In this document: in pieces, positions 44,270 to 50,558 of the stretch | Position numbering within the stretch: the stretch's first letter is position 1 | Layout: every line of letters begins with the position of its first letter | From: Candidatus Methylomirabilales bacterium | GTDB taxonomy: Bacteria; Methylomirabilota; Methylomirabilia; Methylomirabilales; 2-02-FULL-66-22 | Direction: 5' to 3' | DNA length: 50,558 nucleotides | Assembly (NCBI GenBank): GCA_041946635.1 | Contig: JBHGAX010000001.1 | Coordinates: 1 to 50,558, forward strand | Notes under the pieces: model-generated | The model's database searches: none | Told to the model about the DNA's origin: nothing | Seen by the model: only the letters and a program-made list of their open reading frames with translations | Position numbers and translations under genes: made by a program

Positions 44270-45385
44270 TCAGCTGTGGCCGATGTACTTCTCGATGGCC
44301 TCCAGGGAGAGCACGTACTCCTCGTCCGCCAGGCTGATGGCCTTGCCCGAGGCGCCGGCCCGGGCGGTGCGGCCCACCCGGTGCACGTAGTCCTCCGCGT
44401 CCTGCGGCAGGTCGTAGTTCACCACGTGGGTCACGCCCTCGATGTGCAGCCCGCGCGACGCCACGTCGGTCGCCACCAGGATGTGGAGGCCGCCCTCCTT
44501 GAAGTCCTGCATGATCTTGAGCCGCTTGCGCTGGTCCACATCCCCGGTGATGGCCCGCGCGTGGTAGCCCTGCCGCACGAGCCGCTCGGCCAGCCGCTCG
44601 GCCTCGTGCTTCATGTTCGCGAAGATCAGGATGCGCTTGCCCTTCTCGCGCTCCAGGAGGCCCAGCAGCAGGGACAGCTTCTCCTCCTTGGAGACGTGGT
44701 AGAGCGCCTCGTCGATGCCCTCGGCCGTCACCTGCTCCGGCGCCACCGCCACCATGGCGGGCAGGTTCATGGACTCGTAGGCCAGCTCCAGGACGCGCTG
44801 CTGCAGCGTGGCCGAGAAGAGGCAGGACTGCCGCTTGTCGGGCGGGGGCAGGTGGCGCACCAGGTAGCGGATGTCCTTGATGAAGCCCATGTCGAACATG
44901 CGGTCGGCCTCATCGATGACCAGGACCTCGACGGCGGTCAGCTCGTAGACGCCTTGCTTGAAGTAGTCGATGAGCCGGCCGGGCGTCCCGATCAGGACGT
45001 CCACGCCTTCCCCCAGGATGCGGCGCTGCTTCAGGTAGTCCACCCCGCCGAAGACCACCTGCATGTTCAGCCCCGTGAACTCGCCCAACAGCTGCGCGTC
45101 CGCGTGGATCTGCACCGCCAGCTCGCGCGTGGGCGCGATGACCAGCGCGCGCGGGGCGGATTGCCCGGCCGTCCGGCGGTCGGGCTCGCGCAGCAGCCGG
45201 GTGAAGATGGCGATGAGGAACGCGGCCGTCTTGCCGGTGCCCGTCTGCGCCTGGCCGGCCACGTCGCGCCCCTTCAGCGCGATGGGCAGCACTTCTTCCT
45301 GGATGGGGGTGCAGGTCGTGAAGCCGGCCGCCTGGATGCCCTGCATCACGGGCTCCGGCAGATCGAGGGCGGTGAATTCCATCAT
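44270..45385 (-). CDS. DEAD-box ATP-dependent RNA helicase (core only, 371 aa)
   Basis: Q-motif region, AQTGTGKT, VIDEADRMFDMGF, SAT and HRVGRTARAG. Confidence 0.93.
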   Translation of the reverse strand: MMEFTALDLPEPVMQGIQAAGFTTCTPIQEEVLPIALKGRDVAGQAQTGTGKTAAFLIAIFTRLLREPDRRTAGQSAPRALVIAPTRELAVQIHADAQLLGEFTGLNMQVVFGGVDYLKQRRILGEGVDVLIGTPGRLIDYFKQGVYELTAVEVLVIDEADRMFDMGFIKDIRYLVRHLPPPDKRQSCLFSATLQQRVLELAYESMNLPAMVAVAPEQVTAEGIDEALYHVSKEEKLSLLLGLLEREKGKRILIFANMKHEAERLAERLVRQGYHARAITGDVDQRKRLKIMQDFKEGGLHILVATDVASRGLHIEGVTHVVNYDLPQDAEDYVHRVGRTARAGASGKAISLADEEYVLSLEAIEKYIGHS

Positions 45386-45594
45386 GGAGTGTGGGCTGAT
45401 CCCCCGGCAGGGCGAGTGGCGGCCGGCTGCGGCAACGGCTCGTGGGCCCGAAAGTACTGGAGGGCCCCCTCGATGTAGGCGGCCTGCAGCCGCTTGCCCA
45501 TGGCGGCGACCGCCGTCGCCAGGTCGGCGGGGGGCGCGCTGGGCATCTCCCTCACGGCATGGCGGGTCCGGGGAAGCTCGAGCACGGCGTCCAT
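45382..45594 (-). CDS. Hypothetical 70-aa ORF overlapping the helicase start (ATGA)
   Basis: It begins 24 nt downstream of a good promoter with an AAAGGGGG SD. No family recognised, and it may be only a leader. Confidence 0.3.
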   Translation of the reverse strand: MDAVLELPRTRHAVREMPSAPPADLATAVAAMGKRLQAAYIEGALQYFRAHEPLPQPAATRPAGGSAHTP

Positions 45595-45617
45595 GGCTGC
45601 CCCCTTTCTGCTGGTAT

Positions 45618-45647
45618 CTTTTACCATACGTGTGTTTGGTATTTCAA
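45618..45647 (-). promoter_or_regulatory. Candidate sigma-70 promoter (extended -10) for the helicase operon
   Basis: Minus strand: TTGAAA (45647-45642), an 18-nt spacer ending in TGG, then TAAAAG (45623-45618). It lies in a conspicuously AT-rich 60-bp patch. Confidence 0.5.
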
Positions 45648-45649
45648 GG

Positions 45650-45676
45650 CAAAAAATAGGGCAGAGCTGCCTGCCC
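45650..45676 (-). terminator. Canonical intrinsic terminator after the AOR/MoaD genes
   Basis: Minus-strand RNA reads GGGCAG-GCAGCU-CUGCCC followed by UAUUUUUUG. Confidence 0.7.
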
Positions 45677-45695
45677 TGCCCCCTGTTCACCACGC

Positions 45696-45747
45696 TGAAC
45701 GTCCCGCGTTCCCCGTCGAACGTTCAACGCGGAACGCGGGACGTTCA
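45696..45747. repeat. Perfect 17-bp inverted repeat just downstream of the MoaD-like gene
   Basis: tgaacgtcccgcgttcc (45696-45712) pairs with ggaacgcgggacgttca (45731-45747). The loop contains the palindrome gaacgttc. Confidence 0.8.
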
Positions 45748-45755
45748 ACCTCCTC

Positions 45756-45989
45756 TCACCCGCCCGCCAGCGCCGGGATCAGGTGCACCTCGTCCCCGTC
45801 CTGGAGCGCCTGCGCGGGAGCCGCCTGCCGGCCGTTCACCACGAAGAGCGTCCACTCGGGGTCTGCTGCGACCTCCAGCTTCGCCAGGAGATCCGCGAGG
45901 GTGCTGGCCGGGGTGAGCGCCACCTCCAGCCGTCGCAGCCGCCCGGCGGGGGTCTCCCGCTGGAGGGTCGTGTGCAGGTGCACGGTCAC
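45756..45989 (-). CDS. MoaD/ThiS-family ubiquitin-fold protein
   Basis: A 77-aa ORF ending ...DGDEVHLIPALAGG (C-terminal Gly-Gly). The GTG start overlaps the AOR stop (GTGA, 45986-45989). Confidence 0.75.
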   Translation of the reverse strand: MTVHLHTTLQRETPAGRLRRLEVALTPASTLADLLAKLEVAADPEWTLFVVNGRQAAPAQALQDGDEVHLIPALAGG

Positions 45990-47701
45990 GACCAATTGAA
46001 GATCCCGTCCAGGTCCTCGTCCGCCACGTCGAAGACCGCGTTGTGCGGCGGCAGCGGCTCGAGGCGCATGTACTCCGGCATGCGGTCGTGCACCGACGTG
46101 AATCCGGCGCGCCGGTTGAACTCGCGCTCCATCTTCAGCGTCTCGCGCCCGAGGACCTGCAGGATGTCCGCGGGCACGTCCCAGCCGTAGCGCGCCTTCA
46201 GGATGTCCGGGATCACGGTCGGATCCACCATGAAGCCGAACCCGGCGAAGATGCAGGCGCCCAGCGAGTCGAAACCGGCCATGTTGATCTGGGCGCCGCG
46301 CGAGACGGCCGCCTGCACCTTCGGATCCAGGTGATCGACCTTGGCGCGCACGGTGTTGCCGGCCGTGTGGTCCGCGCCCTGGGGCGAGGTCGAGTAGGTG
46401 ACGCCCAGCCCCTTGATGGCGCGCGGCTCGTAGGCCGACATGGCCTGCCCCTTCACGCACGGCACGCGGAGCACGCCGAAGACCCGGCCGGTCACCGCCG
46501 CGCCGTGCCCCAGCACCCGGCCCAGCGGCGTGCCCTGCCGGATCTCGTGCATGAGCCCCAGGAAGCCCTTCCCGTCCCCGAACTTCACGAGACCGGCGTC
46601 CGCCGCGACGCCGAGCGCCGCACCCATGTCGATGGTGTCCACGCCCAGGTCGCTCGCCTCCCAGTTCAGCTTCGCGATGGCGTCCAGGTCGTCCAGCCCC
46701 AGGTTCGAGCCCATCAGCCCGACCGTCTCGTACTCGAGGGGCGTGACCAGCGTCTTGCCGTCCGGGCCCGCGTACACGTTGGAGCACTGGATCACGCAGC
46801 CCGCCATGCAGGCGTGCGTCGTCTCGCCCTCGCCGCCCCGCGCCAGGATGAGGTCGCGGAGCGCCTCGCCGCTGATCTTCTCGGCGCCTTCGAAGCGCCC
46901 GCTGGAGAAGCTGCGGGTGGGCAGGCCGCCGAAGCCGTTGGTCGTCATGACCATGGCATCGGTCCCGTAATCCTGGTAGACCTTGGTCTGGGGGTGCTCC
47001 AGCGTGTTGGTGGTGAACCGCTTCTGCGCGGCCCTGAAGGCCGCCGGATCGGCCAGCGAGGGCTTCTTCCCGCCGGCGTCGTCGAAGACGATGGCCTTGA
47101 GGTGCTTGGCCCCCATGACGGCGCCCAGCCCGCCGCGCGAGGCGATGCGCGAGGGCACGCCTTCCTTGTCGAGGTTCTGGATGCCGGCCGCGGACAGGCG
47201 CATCTCGCCGGCCGGGCCGATGAGGGCGATCGCCACCTTCTCGCCATACCGCTTCCGCAGCCGCTCGGCCGCCTCGTGGACGCCCAGGCCGCACAGGTCG
47301 CCGCCCGCGTCGAAGCGCCCGCCGTCCTTCGTCAGGTAGAGGACCCACCAGGGCGCCGCCGCGCCCGCCGGGTGCCCTTCCAGGACCAGGGCCTTGATGC
47401 CCATGCTGGTCATGTGCAGGCCGGTCGTGCCGCCGGCGTTCGCCTCCTTGATGCCGCCGGTCATGGGGCTCTTCCCGCCGACGGAGATGCGGTCGCAGCT
47501 CGACAGCATGTGCCCCACCAGCAGGCCCGGGGCGAAGACGAGCTTGTTGAAGGGGCCCAGGGGCTCGCAGGTGGGGGGCACCTCGTCCAGGAGGATGCGG
47601 GCGCTGAGGCCGCGGCCGCCCAGACGCTCCCAGGCGGGTGGAGCAGGCTCGATAGTCACGGTGCGCTTGCCGACGTCCACGCGAAACAAGTTCATGGCCA
47701 T
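45986..47701 (-). CDS. Aldehyde:ferredoxin oxidoreductase family (tungsto-/molybdopterin enzyme)
   Basis: A 571-aa ORF with an AOR N-terminal domain (GGRGLSARILLDEV ... VGGKSPMTGGIKEANAGG) and the Cys cluster HACMAGCVIQC. Confidence 0.9.
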   Translation of the reverse strand: MAMNLFRVDVGKRTVTIEPAPPAWERLGGRGLSARILLDEVPPTCEPLGPFNKLVFAPGLLVGHMLSSCDRISVGGKSPMTGGIKEANAGGTTGLHMTSMGIKALVLEGHPAGAAAPWWVLYLTKDGGRFDAGGDLCGLGVHEAAERLRKRYGEKVAIALIGPAGEMRLSAAGIQNLDKEGVPSRIASRGGLGAVMGAKHLKAIVFDDAGGKKPSLADPAAFRAAQKRFTTNTLEHPQTKVYQDYGTDAMVMTTNGFGGLPTRSFSSGRFEGAEKISGEALRDLILARGGEGETTHACMAGCVIQCSNVYAGPDGKTLVTPLEYETVGLMGSNLGLDDLDAIAKLNWEASDLGVDTIDMGAALGVAADAGLVKFGDGKGFLGLMHEIRQGTPLGRVLGHGAAVTGRVFGVLRVPCVKGQAMSAYEPRAIKGLGVTYSTSPQGADHTAGNTVRAKVDHLDPKVQAAVSRGAQINMAGFDSLGACIFAGFGFMVDPTVIPDILKARYGWDVPADILQVLGRETLKMEREFNRRAGFTSVHDRMPEYMRLEPLPPHNAVFDVADEDLDGIFNWS

Positions 47702-47856
47702 CCTGGCTCCTCCTCCGGAGACCCCTCCGCCTTCCGTTCCGGGTCCAGCTCGCGGGCAGCCGCTAAGTTTCTACGGTGCACCGGCGAGAGTCCAGCGGAA
47801 ATCCGCAAACCCCCGCCCTTTGCGAGCCTCCCCGGAGGATTGGCCCGAAGAGCGGC

Positions 47857-47937
47857 TCACCACGAAGGACACGGAGCGCACGAAGGGGGACCCGAACCTT
47901 CGCGTGTCCTTCGTGTCCTTCGTGCTCTTCGTGGTGA
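47857..47937. repeat. CCTTCGTG-type repeat hairpin between the ROK and AOR genes
   Basis: The left arm is tcaccacgaaggacacggagcgcacgaaggggg and the right arm is ccttcgcgtgtccttcgtgtccttcgtgctcttcgtggtga. The outer 11 bp are perfect. The motif caccacgaagg recurs at 26437-26447. Confidence 0.75.
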
Positions 47938-47945
47938 AATGCTCT

Positions 47946-48923
47946 TCACCCCGCCCGGCGGTGGAGGAAGAGGGCGGCGCCGCCCTGCACCCCCGATTCC
48001 TTGGTGAAGGAGGAGCGCCGTATGGTCGTGCTCTCGTACGCGGCCTCGAAGGCGTAGAGGCGCGCCCAGCGCCGGATGGGCCCCAGCAGGACCTCCCCGG
48101 CCTCCAGGACGCCGCCCGCCAGGAGGATCAGCTCGGGGTTGCAGAGGTTGATGAGCGTGGCCACCCCCACGCCCAGGGCGCGCGCCGCGCGGTGGGCGAC
48201 CGTGAGGCCGATCGGGTCCCCCCGGCGGGCGGCGGCGAGCACCGCCGGGCAGTCCAGCCGCTCGAAGTCGCCCCCGCACAGCTCCGACAGGATGGGCGTG
48301 GCGTTCCTCCGGCAGAGGGCCCGGGCCTGCTGCGCGATATCCGGGCCGGAGGCGTAGGCCTTGATGCAGCCGCGGCTCCCGCACAAGCACTCGGGCCCCT
48401 CGGGGTCCACCGTCACGTGGCCGATCTCGCCGGCGTAGCCGCGCGCCCCGCGGACGAGCTGGCCGTTCAGGATGAGAGCGCCGCCCACCCCGGTGCCGGC
48501 CGCGATCATGGCCACGTGCCGGCGGCCGCGCGCCTGGCCGAAGATCCATTCGCCGAGGAGGAGGGCGTTCACGTCGTTGTCCGCAACCACCGGGAGACCC
48601 GTGCGCTCGTGGATCACCTGCACGATCTTCACGTCGCGCAGCTCGGGCAGATTCTGAACGTCCGCCCCGATGGCGCCCGTGGCCTCGTCCACCACCCCCG
48701 GGACGCCGAGGCCCACGCCCGCCAGCGGCCGGCCCAGCCGCTCGGCGTCCTCGCGGAGCCACCCCAGCACCTCCAGGACGTTGTCGAGAAGCCGCTCGCC
48801 CCGGCCCAGCCGGCCGGTCGCCACGCTGCGGCAGGACAGGACCCGCCCCGTGGGCTCCACCAGCCCCACCGCCAGGCGCGTTCCGCCCAGGTCCACCCCG
48901 AGGATCAGGCTCTCCGGGTCCAC
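47946..48923 (-). CDS. ROK-family sugar kinase (glucokinase-like, no HTH)
   Basis: ILGVDLGGTRLAVG, the ROK Zn motif CLCGSRGC and GAGTGVGGA. Confidence 0.88.
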   Translation of the reverse strand: MDPESLILGVDLGGTRLAVGLVEPTGRVLSCRSVATGRLGRGERLLDNVLEVLGWLREDAERLGRPLAGVGLGVPGVVDEATGAIGADVQNLPELRDVKIVQVIHERTGLPVVADNDVNALLLGEWIFGQARGRRHVAMIAAGTGVGGALILNGQLVRGARGYAGEIGHVTVDPEGPECLCGSRGCIKAYASGPDIAQQARALCRRNATPILSELCGGDFERLDCPAVLAAARRGDPIGLTVAHRAARALGVGVATLINLCNPELILLAGGVLEAGEVLLGPIRRWARLYAFEAAYESTTIRRSSFTKESGVQGGAALFLHRRAG

Positions 48924-48993
48924 TCTCCGTGTCCCTCGCCCGTCACGTCACACGCCCTCGCCCCGGCCCTCTCGGAGGGAGAAGCGTCTGTCC

Positions 48994-49025
48994 GAATCTG
49001 CGTAATCTGCGTAATCTGCGGATCC
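48994..49025. repeat. Direct 9-mer repeats (AATCTGCGT x3)
   Basis: The array reads gaatctgcg taatctgcg taatctgcg gatcc. It shares tgcgtaatctgcgt..atctgcggat with 43771-43797. Confidence 0.75.
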
Positions 49026-49033
49026 CTGAGTCC

Positions 49034-49789
49034 TCAGAGTTCCAGGTACGAGATGAGCGTCACCCCCGCTTCGGCGGCCGCGGCCCGCACGGCGGGGTCG
49101 CACAGCGCCTGCAGCTCCGCCTCGCGCTGCCGGCTGTAGCTGCTGATGTCGAGCGCCGGCTCCCAGTAGCCGGGATGCGCGACGATCTCCGTGGTCCCTT
49201 CGGGGAGCGACCGCAGGCACTCGCTGAGCCGCGGAACCGTCCAGTAGGGCTCGGTCCCCACGTCGCCCTCGGCCCGGTCCGGGCAGGGAAGGCCCCGGGC
49301 CTGGATGCGGGCCGCCATCTCGCCGTCCAGGGCGCGCAGCGGCACCCGGAGCGACGCGGCCAGGTCGAGGACCGCGGCGAAGACCGCGGGGTGGCGGTGC
49401 ATGTGGTAGTGCGAGTCGATGTGGCTGGGGGCGCGCCCGAGCACCTGCTTGAACCGCCGGGCCTGCGCCCGCACCTCCTCCCGGATGTCCTCCGGCTCGC
49501 CCGCCCTGCCCAGCCGCTCGCGGTCCCGGAAGAAGCAGCCGGTGCCGTCCACCAGCGACCGCACCCGCTCGGCCGCGAGCACCGGCGTCCCCAGCGTCAG
49601 GTTCACGTGCAGGCCGACCGACAGCCCCGGCAGCCCTTCGAGCAGCGCCGCATTCCGTTCCAGGCCGGGCAGGTTCACCATGACCGTCGTGCTGGTGAGG
49701 ATGCCGCGCCGGTGGCCGTCCAGGATGCCGCGGGAGACGCTCTGGGTGAGGTTGAAGTCGTCGGCGTTCACGATGGCGCGCCGGGCCAT
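49034..49789 (-). CDS. ChbG/YdjC-family carbohydrate deacetylase
   Basis: The internal ATG gives a 251-aa protein starting MARRAIVNADDFNLT, with HIDSHYHMH. The upstream part of ORF 49034-50545 is read-through across the next gene. Confidence 0.85.
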   Translation of the reverse strand: MARRAIVNADDFNLTQSVSRGILDGHRRGILTSTTVMVNLPGLERNAALLEGLPGLSVGLHVNLTLGTPVLAAERVRSLVDGTGCFFRDRERLGRAGEPEDIREEVRAQARRFKQVLGRAPSHIDSHYHMHRHPAVFAAVLDLAASLRVPLRALDGEMAARIQARGLPCPDRAEGDVGTEPYWTVPRLSECLRSLPEGTTEIVAHPGYWEPALDISSYSRQREAELQALCDPAVRAAAAEAGVTLISYLEL

Positions 49790-49791
49790 GC

Positions 49792-50493
49792 TTAGCCCTT
49801 CTCTCCGCAGAGGACCAGGCGCTCGCAGGTCGGGGGGCAGCCGGGGGGCAGGACGGACGCCGTGTCCAGCGAGCGGAGGTAGGCCAGCCGCTCGCGGCCG
49901 ATGCGGGGGAACGGCTGCTCCTCGCGCGTCAGGATCGCCGGCCGGAGACCCGCCTGCTTCAGCCGGTCCAGCGCGCGGGCCACACCGAGGAAGGCGAAGA
50001 GGGTGAAGACCAGCCGGCCGCCGGGCCGAAGGCGGGCCGGCGCCTCCAGGATGACCCGGTCCAGCAGCTGCCAGCCATCCGGGCCGCCGTTGTCCGCCCG
50101 GGCCTGCGCGTCGTCCCACTGGTACTCCGGCGGCGTGGGCATCTGCGAGGGATTCGTGGCGATGAGGTCGAACTGCTCCTCGCCCACCGGCGCGAAGAGA
50201 TCGCCAACTCGCACGTCCACCAGGTGCGCCACGCCGTTCAGCATGGCGTTGGCCCGGGCGCACTCGCAGCAGGCGGGCACGATGTCGGTCGCGACCACCT
50301 GGTGGCCCCGCCGGGCCGCGACGACGGCGATCAGGCCGGCTCCCGTCCCGAGATCCAGAGCCCGGTCGCCGGTGCGCCAGGGCAGATTTCGCGCCAGAAA
50401 AAAGGTGCCGCGCTTCGGCGTCAGCGCGGGATCGGGGATTCGGATGAGGCAATCCTGGTAGAGGACGAACTGGACGCCGTCCCGGTGCTGCAT
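49792..50493 (-). CDS. Class-I SAM-dependent methyltransferase (HemK/MTS-like)
   Basis: Motif I ALDLGTGAGLIA and motif IV variant ATNPSQMP (NPPY-like). Confidence 0.8.
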   Translation of the reverse strand: MQHRDGVQFVLYQDCLIRIPDPALTPKRGTFFLARNLPWRTGDRALDLGTGAGLIAVVAARRGHQVVATDIVPACCECARANAMLNGVAHLVDVRVGDLFAPVGEEQFDLIATNPSQMPTPPEYQWDDAQARADNGGPDGWQLLDRVILEAPARLRPGGRLVFTLFAFLGVARALDRLKQAGLRPAILTREEQPFPRIGRERLAYLRSLDTASVLPPGCPPTCERLVLCGEKG

Positions 50494-50558
50494 GGAGGCC
50501 GCCTCCGAGTGCCGGAACCGTACCAGAGCAAGGCAGGAGCGTCAACGCGGGGCGGGCG

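Overview
This is a very GC-rich bacterial chromosomal segment, about two-thirds to 70% G+C by eye, so the ORF track is full of long spurious antisense ORFs.

- **1-13.9 kb, housekeeping:** uvrB (5'-truncated), a cold-shock gene, ileS-lspA-rluD (minus strand), an EamA exporter, a class-V aminotransferase/serA pair, hisZ-purA and tRNA-Lys(UUU).
- **13.9-18.3 kb, decayed integrative island at the tRNA:** a two-gene module of unknown function with its own promoter, an integrase C-terminal fragment, a degenerate recombinase-in-trio (RIT) element (intact first gene, frameshifted second, truncated third) and a frameshifted J-domain gene.
- **18.3-25.1 kb:** envelope and small membrane genes, DUF218, DUF362 and HAD. 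Also here is a peroxiredoxin whose peroxidatic Cys codon is an in-frame TGA, a candidate selenoprotein with a SECIS-like hairpin. A small plus-strand cluster has a SWIB-like mini-protein and a protein with a histone-H1-like tail.
- **25.1-37.5 kb:** eleven co-directional genes join an orphan glycyl-radical enzyme and its activase to a TRAP transporter, a HIBADH-type dehydrogenase and a CoA-transferase/MaoC/acyl-CoA-dehydrogenase/SDR set. This is my best candidate for an undescribed pathway.
- **37.6-50.5 kb:** a sugar/polyol ABC transporter with two Zn-dependent alcohol dehydrogenases, DUF971, a DEAD-box helicase, an aldehyde:ferredoxin oxidoreductase with a MoaD-like gene, a ROK kinase, a ChbG/YdjC deacetylase and a methyltransferase.

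Separately from the genes, almost every spacer longer than about 50 bp carries a long imperfect hairpin whose arms are tandem 7-9-nt repeats. There are several sequence families, and some share identical 13-19-mers at distant loci. Standard feature types do not explain this architecture.

All calls rest on reading the translations and the DNA by eye. No database search was possible.
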